Source: Octopus vulgaris (lineage: Eukaryota). Taken from it: DNA of 64,000 bases. The position numbers were made by a program, and so were the translations under genes. Shown here piece after piece: positions 38,800 through 52,296 of the stretch. The stretch spans positions 116,994,001 through 117,058,000 of the forward strand of contig OX597817.1 in assembly GCA_951406725.2 (NCBI GenBank), given 5' to 3'. The notes under the pieces are model-generated. The model was not told where the DNA came from and ran no database searches. It saw only the letters and a list, made by a program, of their open reading frames with translations. Each line of letters opens with the position of its first letter. Within the stretch, counting starts at the first letter, position 1.

Positions 38800-39072
38800 C
38801 AGAGTAGAGGAAACAGGGACAACTGATGGAGGGAATATTTTTATGTTGCATGACTCGGTTCTCTGTTTTTTTCGTTGTGCATTTTCTATGGTTTTGTTGT
38901 TATGTTTTCGTCAGACATTGTGTCCACTTTTTTGTTTTATGTCCTGTACACATATATGCATGTATATATACATATATATGTAGGTATGTACATATATATG
39001 TATGTACATATGCATATATTTATATTATATTATATCATATTATATCATATTATATATATATATATATATATC
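38745..39072 (+). repeat. (TA)n and TA-rich low-complexity tract
   Basis: Seen directly. Confidence 0.85.
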
Positions 39073-39179
39073 CATGATATTTGGGAGATAGATTATATGA
39101 GTTACATATGAATATATGTGTGTCACAATATCAATATATTATATGTTGTCTTTTTGCTTTGAGGAATTTGAAGAGAAAT

Positions 39180-39780
39180 CTATATCAAGTTGGTTTAGGT
39201 TATCAACGAAGGCATTCTTTGTAAAGTACTTTACTGATGTGTAGAGAGTCACAAACGGCAATCACATAAGGTTTCATGTGATAGATTTAATTCTATGACG
39301 GGTACTTTTTCAAGTCCATTTACTTTGGATATAGACGCTGATACATTATCAAAATTTCTGTCGATACTCTATTTTGCATTGTCTCCAGCTCTCGGATGCG
39401 AAGATATATTACAGTTACTGCTGTTTTGAGGACTATTTTTTTCTGTATAAAGTATCTAGTCTCAAGACCTCACTTTTATTAGAAGTTTATTTTGTAGCAA
39501 ATAAAATGTTTTTCAGAATGCCTGGCTTTGGTGCTTCGTTTACTTTATAAAAATAAAGATCTGAGATAATCGATCTCAATCCAACTACTCTCATTTTGTA
39601 TTTTTATCTTTTTTTTGTAATGCGATCTATCTTCGCATTGCAATGCGCAAGTAAACCAGCTTGTCACTTAAAATATCACATGGTGGATTTGAAACTGACA
39701 TTATCTCCGAGAGATTTCTGAGACTTGAGATGTTATACAGCAGCATTTTCGAACATTATTATTGATATTTTTGGCAGGCA
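39180..39780 (-). mobile_element. Old LINE fragment homologous to 45560-46200
   Basis: AAGTAAACCAGCTTGTCACTTAAAATATCACATG (~39650) matches AAGTAGGCCAGCTTGTCAGTTAAAATATCACATG (~46010). Confidence 0.5.
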
Positions 39781-39850
39781 TTGCGTCAGGGCATTAATTT
39801 TCTTACCCTTAACATTTCTTATCATTAAACACAAACATATGATATAAAGT

Positions 39851-40235
39851 AGTGGAGGCGCAATGGCCCAGTGGTTAGGGCAGCGGACTCGCGGTCGTAC
39901 GATTGCGGTTTCAATTCCCAGACCGGGCGTTGTGAGTGTTTATTGAGCGAAAACACCTAAAGCTCCACGAGGCTCCGGCGGGGGATGGTGGTGATCCCTG
40001 CTGTACTCTTTCACCACAACTTTCTCTCACTCTTACTTCCTGTTTCTGTTGTACCTGTATTTCAAAGGGCCGGCCTTGTCACTCTCTGTGTCACGCTGAA
40101 TATCCCCGAGAACTACGTTAAGGGTTCACGTGTCTGTGGAGTGCTCAGCCACTTACATGTTAATTTCACGAGCAGGCTGTTCCGTTGATTCGGATCAACC
40201 GGAACCCTCGTCGTCGTAACCGACGGAGTGCTTCC
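39851..40235 (+). mobile_element. Intact tRNA(Arg)-related SINE (resembles octopus OR-type SINEs)
   Basis: A box TGGCCCAGTGG, anticodon-like TCG, B box GGTTTCAATTCC. Perfect 12-bp TSD ATGATATAAAGT at 39839-39850 and 40236-40247. Confidence 0.92.
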
Positions 40236-41626
40236 ATGATATAAAGTCAAATGTCACTGTTAAACATAAAAAATAAATTGGAAAACAATGTTTTTTGACC
40301 GCTAATGAGATTCATCGGGGTTGCCACATAGATTAACTATATAACATCAAAACATATGACGTACTAAGTAGATGCAAACTGCATAAACTACCATTTCCAA
40401 TAAAATCCCACGTCGCGTAGCTGGAGGAAAATATATAACAACGGACTGAAAAAAAAGAAGAAATGTACATTTTAGAAAACATACACGATAATTGGTGTGG
40501 TATACAGTAACATTTTATAAAGAATGGTCAGTTTTCGCGTATTGATAAATATTGATAAAATCTGTAACAAAGGAACAAGTATTTCCTGTTCTCTAGTCTT
40601 AAGCTTTCTCAAATTGAAATCAATATTAAAGACTTTATCGAAAGTCACTCGCTTCATGGTTAACACCAGTAATGTAGTATTCACTTCATTCTGTTAACGA
40701 TTTTGCAAATTAGAAGTTTTGGCCTCGAACAGCTCTTTGACTGATAACAAATGTTGTAATTGTATATAAGTTCACATTACGTGTTTGAAATAATAGTTTC
40801 TTACAACTTCATATTTCTTTTGATCGGATCTAGTTTGATAACATTTTTTGTCTAATTTCTAGAATTAAGGTAGAATTTCAGTGTCTTTTCTCATTCAAGT
40901 TCTTTGTTAATGTCAATGAACAATAGAGATATGTGCAATTTAGGGCTTCAATACACACATTCCTTTTACTTTGTTCCTTTGTTACAGATTTCACCTATCC
41001 ACGTAGGACTCCATTAATGACGAGTTTGAGAAACTATTAATGATTTATGAGTGCGAAAACATTTGAAAACATTTAAATTACATCAGGTTTCTACTTCACA
41101 TCTAGACACAGATCTTAATGTACTATCTTACAGAATGAGTAATGTTGTGAAATATATTATTACATAATATAAAATCATATTGAATATAATACAATGTATT
41201 ATAGTTAATATAATTGATATAATACTACGACCGCTGCAAAGCGTGAAGGCATGGCAATCTATTAAAGGTAGAATAATTTACGTTGCTGTATTTAGATATT
41301 TTAAACTTACGACTTCATGTCTACGCTTTCACTATAGTTTGGAGAAATAATGAACAAGTTGGGAGAAATAATGGACCTAATACAAATTTGAAGTTCGTAT
41401 TTACCTCTGAAATCAACGTATTAAAATATATAAAACAACGAGCTTATAGATTTAGCAGTTCATATGTTATAAAGTATTATAGAATCACTCGGTCTTCTTA
41501 GTTAGAAGTACTTCTAGGATTAAGTTTCTTCCTTAATATAATTTATATTGGATGAAAGAAGCACTAGAAAATATTGAAATTCGTTCAGCAGTGTCGCTTC
41601 TCTCTTTCAAATAAAGACAAATGCAC

Positions 41627-41709
<83 letters not shown>

Positions 41710-42295
41710 CACAAATATATATATATAATGGGGAAGATCAATTAAGACAGATGCTTTGTTCATTTTACTTGTATCACAATTAGAAAAGTAATACAAATTA
41801 AAATGTTAAAAGATTAACAGATATACACATAAGAACAATAATAAAGGAACCGCATACACAAAACAACACGAAAAATCCAAAAGGAAATTCTACATATATT
41901 TCAGTCTAACAATATTTTTGAATTCATCAATAATTGTACCATTTATAGATGTAATAAGTGATATATTGTTACATCCCGTCAGGAAAATTAAGTATATTTT
42001 AGTCTGGAGTTACGATATGACTTATTTGAGGACTATGTTTAGGCAAACATATATATAAACGTATGCTTGTTTGTTTGCGCGTGTGTGTGTTAATGCTTGT
42101 GTGACTATTACGAAGAGAGAAACTTCACTGCTGAGCAAATGTCAATAATTCCTAAACTTCTTATTTTTATGAGACTTTTTATACACATCTGTATTGATAT
42201 TGAGAAACTTTCTATCGATATATTTGGTTAAACCCAGTTAGCATCTGAATTGTTTTTAACAATGCGTTACGCGGATACTGCTCCCTCTAATTCTG

Positions 42296-42340
42296 TATAT
42301 ATATATATATACATACATACAAATATACATACATACATAC

Positions 42341-42383
<43 letters not shown>

Positions 42384-42400
42384 CATACATACAGATATAC

Positions 42401-42440
<40 letters not shown>

Positions 42441-42472
42441 CTACATACAAACATATATATATATATATATAA

Positions 42473-42529
<57 letters not shown>
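42296..42529 (+). repeat. (TA)n/(TACA)n tract
   Basis: Seen directly. Confidence 0.95.
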
Positions 42530-42530
<1 letters not shown>

Positions 42531-42799
42531 GCTTACACGCATGGATGAAATACAGCTCAACATCGTGCCCAGGCTGCTAACAATTCTGCCAATTTACCAC
42601 CTTAAGTATTAGTAAGATAATGAGAAACTGTAGGGAAAGATGAAATGATGAAGGGTGAAGTGAACGTCTACAGGCTGGTTGTGAATTGAATAAGGTAATG
42701 AAACCTTCGTTGTTATTCAATTCACAGTGCGATAGGTATTTGTAGATGTGTTTGGTATTTTATGAAACAACGCATATCTAGCAAATATATTTGTTACAA

Positions 42800-43400
42800 A
42801 AAATTGTGCACATATTCTCGGTCAGCATACTTGTCCCATGATTCCGACTTGACTTTCGATGACTCCTTCAATGAATGACCCGTATCCGTACGAAATGATA
42901 GTTATTTACTCCCAAAAATCACCTGGAAAATGGCCGCGTTCATTGATGCTATCATAAGGATGTCGACATGATTTCTTTTCAGTAACTTTGAAAGTTTTTA
43001 AACTTAAGGGAGTGCTTGGTATGGATCAAATGGTTTTTCTCTGTTTATTTAATTTTCAGACAGGAATTGCTATACCCTTTATAAAAAATATGTATCCGAA
43101 TGTCGTAGCGCACCACAGTTCTGATATTCCACCCCGATGCCTGAATCTCCATGGTGATGGCGCTGATTGATTTTCCAGGATCGGCATCGAAAATATTTTG
43201 GATGAAATACGATGTCCGTAAAGTGGCCAATCATTTTATCTTTGATAGAGTTGAAACATTCTTGCGAAAAGCTTCTGATGCAATTCGAAGTTGGTGTATA
43301 CATTACAACATTTACAGCAAATCTCAAATCATTATCTTCGGTAACAATGGATCAATGTCTTTTCTTATGTTAGTATTTGATCTGTCACAGGGCATCTGAA
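42800..43400 (-). mobile_element. Tc1/mariner DD37D (maT)-like transposase remnant
   Basis: RTSYFIQNIFDADPGKSISAITMEIQASGWNIRTVVRYDIR followed by QFLSEN resembles the second HTH region of this family. The catalytic residues are not visible. Confidence 0.45.
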
Positions 43401-43640
43401 TGAAGGAAAAACATTTCATTCGGTTAAAGGAAGTAATATACTGATAATTAGGTGTTCTTAAATTTCCCTCGTACATTTAGTTGCCATTCATCAGTGTATT
43501 TTAATAAAATTTGTTGATGGCTTTATTCTATTTGCACACGTATATGTGGAATAGCGCTGAAAGATATATTAAATTTTATAGTTAGTCTTGAAAACCTGCA
43601 TCCAATCATGTCTTCAAAAGAACAAAATATTTTCTATCTA

Positions 43641-43671
<31 letters not shown>

Positions 43672-43679
43672 GTATATCA

Positions 43680-44710
43680 ACCACAAAACCAGCAGTTAAA
43701 AAATGTGGAAGGCCCAACTGCGGAATCTGTGTCATCTTGATAGAAGGTTCAGAATTTATATTAGAACAAGGCCACCAGTTCACCATTAGAGCATACTTCA
43801 CCTGCGCATCAGAAAACTTAATTTATGTCATAACATGCGCAGGCTGCAATAGGCAGTATATAGGCCATACAAAAATAGCTTACGTAACAGGATGGCGGTG
43901 CATAAATCACAAATTAGAAACCCTGAATACCGCAAAATACCGGTCAGCGGACACATAGATAGATGTGCTGGAAATGTAAATCCGAAATTTACAACTTACC
44001 CGCTTTATAAATTCAGTGACAACGCAACCTTCACGCAACGCCAAAATAAAGAACTGTATTTCATCATAAAATTTAGACCAAGTTTAAACACCCTGGGCCA
44101 GGAATATTAAAACAAAAGATAGGTCCTCCGAAAAGGAGAAGCAAAATTCCACCACGGCCGCTACCTTAAAGAGTCACTCACACTGACGGAAATATGCCTT
44201 AGGGAAAAAAGGAAAAAAAAAAAAATTATAAAAAGATCTCTTCGAACAGATCTAACCCTGATGGACTGGCCACATATCATACAGCTAAGGGTCAGACCCG
44301 ATTCTGATTGGTCAACAAGTTGATGACGTCTCGTTCTGCTAGACTGGCCACCTAACAGGATACAGACAAGGGGCAGATCTAATACAGCTATAGGCCGGGA
44401 TTGGTCAGAATATTGATGACGTCCCGTTCTGCTTGACTGGTCACCTAACAGGATACAGACAAGGGGCAGATCTAATACAGCTATAGGTCGGGCTTGGTCA
44501 GAATATTGATGACGTCCCGTTCTGCTTGACTAAGCCACCTAACGAAACGATTGGTCAAAACAGGATACAGACAAGGGGCAGATCTAATACAGCTATAGGT
44601 CGGGATTGGTCAGAATATTGATGACGTCCCGTTCTGCTTGACTAAGCCACCTAACGAAACGATTGGTCAAAACGTTGAAACATGTTATAATGTATATATA
44701 AAAATTAAAA
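43680..44710 (+). mobile_element. 3' fragment of a Penelope-like element (Zn-finger + GIY-YIG endonuclease) with tail
   Basis: CGRPNCGIC...FTCASENLIYVITCAGCNRQYIGHT; frameshift; RMAVHKSQIR...GHIDRC...KELYFIIKFRPSLN. Confidence 0.9.
44265..44673 (+). repeat. Tandem array of ~93-112-bp units in PLE tail
   Basis: CAGGATACAGACAAGGGGCAGATCTAATACAGCTATAGG starts at 44356, 44449 and 44561; a diverged partial unit starts at 44265. Confidence 0.93.
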
Positions 44711-44749
44711 ATGTGTCTAATATAGCAGCATTTTCGAACTTCATATTTT

Positions 44750-44753
<4 letters not shown>

Positions 44754-44812
<59 letters not shown>

Positions 44813-44885
44813 CATGTATGCATGTATGTATGTATGTATGTATGTATGTATGTATGTATATCTTTTTGTATGTATGTATATGTAC
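44754..44885 (+). repeat. (TA)n-(TATG)n microsatellite
   Basis: Seen directly. Confidence 0.95.
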
Positions 44886-45271
44886 ATTTTAAAACTTCTT
44901 TCTCCTGACACTTTTTGTAATTCAGTGCTAGCGCTGAAAGTTACGACTCTTCGTATACAAATACATTTATACAACTAATACGATCGAAAATAGAAAAAAT
45001 ATGCTATGGGTTTATGTACATATTTCAAGAGTTATTGCTCTTTCATCCGTATTACAGCCAACCCAATAAATATTCACATGTGCATTGGTGAAATATCTAC
45101 TATATTTAGCGGTGTAAATCTATTGGATAGCTCAGTTTAAATATTAAAAAGCTTCCTGGCAACTGGTATGTCTTAATTATATATATATATATATTTATAT
45201 TTCAAATGGGAAGAATTTATGCTTGTATTTCTTTACTGAACATATTTTGCAGCAAAAACATGTTGATCCTC

Positions 45272-45341
<70 letters not shown>

Positions 45342-45559
45342 TGCATAAATTTGCGTCGTGATTTTATTATACATTATTCTTTTGCATTTCAGGTTTATTT
45401 GAGGACAAGAGTTTCAAGTGACTTTCTATACTAATTTTTTTAATATTATCAGCAAGAATAAAACATAAAGCAATAATTTAAAACAATATCTTATTCACCA
45501 TTCTTGCAGAGTGTTTGTTTGTTTTTGCATAGATAACAATAAGCATCTTTGATGAAATC

Positions 45560-46200
45560 TGATGTGATAGATTTCTATGTTTTGTGGGAAATTTCTAGAG
45601 CGTATTTAATGTTAGATATGAATATTGATGCTACGTCAAAAATCTCTTGTATGGTATCTTCTGTTGATCTCATAGCATTTCATTGTCTACAAAGGTCGGG
45701 CATAAAGATATATTAAATTCACTGTTTTATGATGAGTTGTTTGTCTGTGTGTAAATTATCTACTATCAAGTGCTCACTTCTGAAGGATGTTTCGTTTTTT
45801 TTTTGGTTTTGTTGTTGCTGATGCGTTTCTAAATGTCTGGCTTTTGTGTTTGTGATAATGTTGAAAAAATATTAAACAGAGGAAGGAATATAAGCTAATC
45901 GATCTACAGTTGACTTTATTTTGTTTCCTTACTTTGTCAGGAATGCTGATGTTTGCGCTGTGTTTTCTTTCTTTTTCGGAATTGTGATCTGTCTTCTCAG
46001 TGCATTGAACAAGTAGGCCAGCTTGTCAGTTAAAATATCACATGCATCTCTGGTGTGTTTTGAAGTGATATTGTTCTCGACAGTTTTCTATGATTTTGAG
46101 ATATTTGACAGCATTTTAGATATTTTGTTGGATGTTTTACATTCATTTTTCTCCGTTGTAGTTGATAAGATATTTTGTTATTCATTGTTTCTGTATAATT
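45560..46200 (-). mobile_element. RTE-like LINE reverse-transcriptase N-terminal remnant
   Basis: Minus strand gives ENNITS...DILTDKLAYLFNA, NCRSISLYS, RHLETHQQ, DNLHT.KQLI and FVD. Confidence 0.55.
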
Positions 46201-46940
46201 TTCTTTTTGCTTAATGCACTCTCTATATTCAGCCAGTAAATGTGAAATAAAAGCTGAAATTCATTGACAATCAAGAAAATCGAGAAACATGTTAATGTGC
46301 TGAGTAGATCTGCATCAGCTGTAATAAAGCACACTTTTAGCATGTAGGTATTCGATTCACTAAATCAGGGCCACCCTATTTACTATTAGTATATCTACTG
46401 TGACACTTTGCAATGATATATATTGCACTGCGAAAAGAGATCTAAAAGCAATGAGAGAACGGGATAAGAGAAAAACAGAAACGGGGATAGACATGTGTTA
46501 TGTATTGGTACAATGAGTGGGAATTCATTAACAAAATGGTCAGTATTTTAGTATAAATAGAAATATACGTGAGGTACACATTATCTCTTAAACATAAGGC
46601 AATGTTTTGTTTTCACAGAAAAATGTTAATCGCAAGTATTATTCTATATATTTCAGTAGGCACTTGAAGATTTTACATGTATTATACTAATCACAATTAA
46701 TACATGTATTCATTCAGTTTCTCTAAAATTTCGCAAATTAAAATATTTTACTTGTAGCATCAGTTTCTCAATTAATAATTGAAGCAGCAGTAAATAGCTT
46801 TTTTATGCCAATTTTAAGTTCATACGTTTTTCAAAATGTTCTAGATCATGCTTTCTACATTTCGTTTTCACTTTCTCTTATTGGTCTTTTGAAGAATAAT
46901 TTAAACATATTCATTAGATACTTCTACACACACACACACA

Positions 46941-46995
<55 letters not shown>

Positions 46996-47199
46996 GTATG
47001 TATATGAAGAGGGAGAGAGAGAGGGTGGAATAGATAGACTGATAGATAGCTGCGCACAAATGTATAGATAGAAGCCCCCAAAATATGAGGCAAAATAGAA
47101 CAACCTTCAATATAATCTAGATATTTGGGCTTTATGTATGTTTGTGTGTGTATATGTACATAGATGTGCACGTGTATATAGAAATAAATAGAGAAAGAG

Positions 47200-49700
47200 A
47201 GATATGGGATCTCAATAACAACTCTAGTGGGAACCCTACGAACGAGTCATGAAATCATGATGCAACACAAAGAAAGATTAATGGCACGAATGAAACCATA
47301 GCCGATCATGATGAAGGTTTCCTGCCCGGCACGTGTAAAACCGTCCGCATCAGAGACAGTCATCTGGCCTCGGACGGCTGTTCTGTCACAACAGCTCCCA
47401 TACACGGTGTCGCAAAAACAGACATAAGTGGTTGAAGGAAGTGTAAGCTACACATATTGAATGTCATGAAATAGCAAAGCTGCAAAGAAGTCACGGAATA
47501 GGCCGACGTAACATGAAATTTTTGGATGAAAAAGGACATGTGTCCAATGTCAGAAAATAAACTAATGAATCAAATGAGAGTGATTAGAAGGAAGGGTTAC
47601 TCAACAAGAGTAGAAATATCTCGGATTAGTGAGAGTCTGAGAGACACTGAGGATGGGCTACAAAGGGTGGTCGGAGTTGAAAATAGAAAGGTAGGAGTTG
47701 AAAGCAGGGAGAAGAATAGACAGGAGGAACAGGAATGGTGATATGACTGTTAAGGATGAGGAACAGGAAGTTATGCAGTGAACCCTGATACTGCGGCAGG
47801 TGGACATGCAGGGAAAATGAACCAACTAGATAATGAATTGCTTGAAATTCGAAGACGAGTCACCGACTTGAATTCTCCGGAAGAAAAACATTCCCATGCA
47901 TATGAGAAGGATAGATAGGAGTATTATAAATAAAGTAACGCAAAAGCTAAATACTGTCATAGTATTCCCCTTTCTTTTATCTATCATTACAAGTGTTTTC
48001 CTCCCAGTCACCATCCACGCGGGGACTCTACCTTTCTGGACACGGTCATTTAATTGGTATGTTAGTCTTTCATGCACTGTTAGTCTTTCATGCACTGCAA
48101 ACATGCCTATGGCTTGGATTGACTTTAAGAAGTCATATTATTTGAGGCCTCATTTTTGGATCGTTGAATGCCTGCAGATGTTTGGTGTTGCTGACATCAC
48201 AAATTTTCTGGTGCATAGCGTGGAAGTGCGGAAAACCAAATTTTACCCAAGTAATGTATTCCTTGGTAAATTAAATATTAAAAGGATAATTTTCTAAGAT
48301 GACTCGTTTTCTCCGTTAATTTTTGTAATTGCAGTAATACCCATAACAATGACACTTAAGAAAGTTAAGATGGGTTACCGATGTTGGAAGAAAAGCCTAT
48401 CATTGAACCAGCTGCTCTTTATGGATGATCTGAAATTGTTTGGGAAATCTGAAAAACAGATGGATTCCTTAAGCAAAACAGTCCAGAAGTGTGATAGAAT
48501 CAAGTGTATGGATTTTGGGATCCCCAAATGCTCAGTACTTAATACGAAAAGAGGGAAGAAAGCAGTCTACAGAGGATTGCGGTGAACATCAGGAGAGACC
48601 ATGGGCGAACCTGACGGTAGTGGGTATAGATATTTATGGATTTTGGAGATGGATGACATTCAGCACAGAGAAATGAAAGTCAATGTCAGTGAGGCGTCTT
48701 AAAAATGGGTGAAGATGTAATTGAAATTCAGCCTGAATACCAAAACTTTGATAACCGCAATGAATATCTGGGCAGTTGCGGTGGTCAGATATAGTGCATC
48801 GCACCTCAAATAGACTAAGGAGAAAATATCAACAATGGATAGAAGGACGAGAAGCTTGATAACGTTGCATGGGGCGCTACACCCTAAATGAAACGTATGC
48901 AGACTGTATATGAAAAGAAAGATTGGTGGTGGGGGACTAATTAGTGTAGACCATTGTATAAGGAGTGAAATGAGAACGCTTGCCGATTATTTGATAAATA
49001 GTGATGAAGACCTACTGCAATATGCCGCGTAAGATATGGTTGTAAATGCAGATAAAATGATGGGCAAGGCGAACTTAACCAAAGAGTTGAGGAGAAGAGA
49101 AAAGAAGACCTTGGACTGTTTGAAAGGAATACCCAAGACTTTAAGGATAGTACAGCATGCTGGGCATGATTTGAACGTGGTGATTTGAAGCGCATCACCG
49201 AAAGCCTGATCATTGCTGCACAAGGTTACTTGTAGTAGCCCGACGTTAGGACATTTTGTTATTTTCCAACTGACTATTCTGTTGAGTATACATGAAAATG
49301 ATAATAATAATCCTTTCTACACGTAAGGTGTTAGAGCACCGAAGACTGAACATATTAACTTTGAGGTGCCTAACAATTGATCGAGTAGTGCTAGGAGATC
49401 AACATGTTATCATGATAGAATGCGAAGAGATTGATAAATATGGTGACCTGAGAAATGAGATGTGGCAGCTACGAGATTCAAACATAAAGTTTGTCCCAAA
49501 TGCCATCGGAACATTGGGTTCAATACCACACAACCAAAAGAAACATCTGGAAACTTTAAACATCCCCTACAATCTAGGTGCATTGCAAAACTCGGCCTTA
49601 CTTGGAGCTGCACGCATATTGCATAAAGTAATGTGAGTTTGAGATGCTTATTGTGACTTGGTAGACGGTACAAACCCCCGGTAGACGTAATATACTCAAT
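47200..49700 (+). mobile_element. R4/Dong-clade LINE, degraded, with deletions and an internal inversion
   Basis: Motifs SENKLMNQMRVIRRKG (N-terminal), MAWIDFKKSY, F*DDSFSPLIF, LFMDDLKLF, IDKYGDL and LLGAARILHKVM* (ends 49636). Confidence 0.88.
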
Positions 49701-49744
49701 CACCAACATAAGGATATTGGGCACTGTGCGACAGCTTAAATAAT

Positions 49745-49948
49745 AACCATAATCATTCCTACTGAAGGCACAAAGTCTGAATTTTGGTGGAGGCGAGTAC
49801 TTGAATACATCGACCCCAGTATTTCGCTGACGCGGAAAGGAGGAAAGGCAAAGTCAATCTTGGCAGAATTTGAATTCAGAACGTAGGAACGGACTTTATG
49901 GACATGAAGCATTTTGTTCAACGTACTAATGAATTTTCCAGCTCACTG
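49745..49948 (-). mobile_element. SINE (same family as 59510-59938)
   Basis: Reverse complement reads GTGAGCTGG...ACGTTCTGAATTCAAATTCTGCC...GACTTTGCCTTTC...CTGGGGTCGATGTA. Confidence 0.75.
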
Positions 49949-50674
49949 TAGTAACAATAACGACAAGAATAATAATCATAAAAGAATAATAATGATAATG
50001 ATGATGATTATCATTGTTATTATTTATATAGAAGAAATTCTTCTTGCTCTTCTCCATCTCCTCTTCCTCTCCCTCCTCACTATTATTGTTACTGTTGCTT
50101 TTGTTGTTGTTGTATATATGAACAATTCCTTTCTCTACATTATAGTAATTTCTGGCCAGAAATGACAAAATCTTTTGTCAAACATTGTACATGGAAACAA
50201 AATGACAGATATACTGGCGGTGCTTAAAGCCAGAAGAAACCCATCTGTTAATGAGTGCGTCAACATATAGTAGCTGAGTGGAATCATATTGGTACTACAT
50301 GGTAAATGTAGCTGTCACTACTGCATTATAAATGGCGCAAAAATAATCGTTGCTACAGTCTTGTCTATCTGTTTAATAATTTACTAATGATAAAAGGCTG
50401 GTGAAACGTCAAAGGATTGTTACTGAATCAAGTACTGAGGTTGAATTTGGTCATTTTCCCACTCCATCAATATTACTACAACTTCTCTCACCGTAGGATT
50501 AGCATTTATATTGTTTCCTTCTTAGTTCAAGTGTTAGTAATGTGAAATTATTAGATTTTTTTCTTTCCTTTTGTGTCATCATATTTTAGCAAGAAGTAAT
50601 AAGTTTCGTTGTTTTGCATAGTATTTACATGTTTCAAAAGTTTTAAGCCAGCATCTCAAGTATTCATAAACATA

Positions 50675-50845
50675 TATGTGTCTAAGGTGTATTATGATAA
50701 CTTTGGTTTCCAGCCTTATGATTTCGGATCCAGTTTCACTACTCGGCACCATGGGCAAGTGTATTTTACAATAGTCTTGAACCAAGGAACGCCTTAGGTG
50801 TGGAATGGACTTTATAGATGGATAATAAAAGAAGCCAGCCGTATT
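50675..50845 (+). mobile_element. Degenerate tRNA-derived SINE head
   Basis: GGCACCATGGGCAAGTGTATTTTAC...AAAGAAGCC pattern, recalled as typical of cephalopod SINEs. Confidence 0.45.
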
Positions 50846-52150
50846 AATGCGTATATCAAAAGGATGTCTTATTATATTATTTCACAGCCATACCAACAAT
50901 TCTTAATACTTATTTACATATACAAAAACAGCCATATCAACAACCCAACATACCTCCATCATCAGCTGCCCCACGGATATCATTATGGTTTCGACTCCTG
51001 GGCCGAACCATTCAATCCGGTGGTGTTAACAGCACTAAAATAAGTGTTGTTTGAAAACAAACAAATCACAGAAACCACAACTTTCAAACACGTTTACCCA
51101 ATATATAATCGTATCGAAAAATAAATTCTATAAGTAAATTACAGCCACTGCTAAATACGTAACTATACAGCGACAACTTTATTAAATCATAAATAATTAT
51201 AACCCCTACCGTCTTCCGTAGTTTAATATATAAGTAAAGCTTAATAACCACATTATTTCAATCAATGAATATATAGGCAGGATTAAAAACTAACCTTACT
51301 AACACTACAACAAGAGGCATTTAAACCCACGTACATTGTATCGATATTAATAGTAGATTGCAATAACTAAATTATATGCTAAATTGCGATCCATCATTAA
51401 GTCCATATAAATAATAATCCCAACCTTCCATAGATACTACTATAATGAAAATTCAAAACTTATAAAAATTCTTCCAGAACAAATCACGATTGAACTTAAT
51501 TTAACTAATATTCTTATGAGTGAAATACATTATTTCGTCATTCAAAAGTTAATAATAAAAATCTACATACTCATTAATATATAATCACTACAAGTTATAA
51601 TATTAAATTACCAGTGACTAATATACACTTAAATTTCATTAAATAGGAACTAATAAAAGTAATTATAATAAAGTAATATTATAAACCTTGCTGTGTTTAA
51701 AGCTAATTGAACTGTTTAAATCAAAATAAAACTGCTTAAAAGACAATAAAAATACAAGTATTAAAAGTATAATTATAAACACTTAATCATTTAATCAGAC
51801 ACGCGACGCCTCTCCAAGAATTTAAAGTGCAACTAACTATTGATGATGTAGTGCGTAATTACCACTTTCTCAATTGTCTCAAATTTCAGTGACGTAGTAA
51901 GCAAATAACTGGAATCGTGAATCTTCAAATCCTTACAAATATTCGCTAAGCTGAAGACTAGATATTATCCCATATTTATTTTTAATCTCAAGTTTCGCAC
52001 CACAACTGCAATAAAAAGTTTTAACCAACTTACAATGTTTATAACCTTATTTTATTCATTTATAGCATTACATGCCTTTCCTTGTGTATGTTTGTGCCCT
52101 ACCAATTATTCTGCCTATACATACATACTACTTCGCGCTGACATTTCGGT

Positions 52151-52151
52151 A

Positions 52152-52226
<75 letters not shown>

Positions 52227-52249
52227 CTATCTATATATATATATCTATC

Positions 52250-52280
<31 letters not shown>

Positions 52281-52296
52281 ATGTATGTGTGTGTGT
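52151..52296 (+). repeat. (TATC)n-(TA)n-(TG)n microsatellite
   Basis: Seen directly. Confidence 0.95.

Noticed and set aside
39851-39930. tRNA-Arg gene
   Set aside because: The cloverleaf is imperfect, and it continues into a SINE body flanked by a 12-bp TSD.
44340-44673. CRISPR-like array
   Set aside because: The units repeat entirely, with no unique spacers; eukaryotic context and no cas genes.
47341-47380. CCGTCCG/CGGACGG hairpin near the Dong 5' end as an HDV-like ribozyme
   Set aside because: Only one stem is evident; I could not build the nested double pseudoknot.
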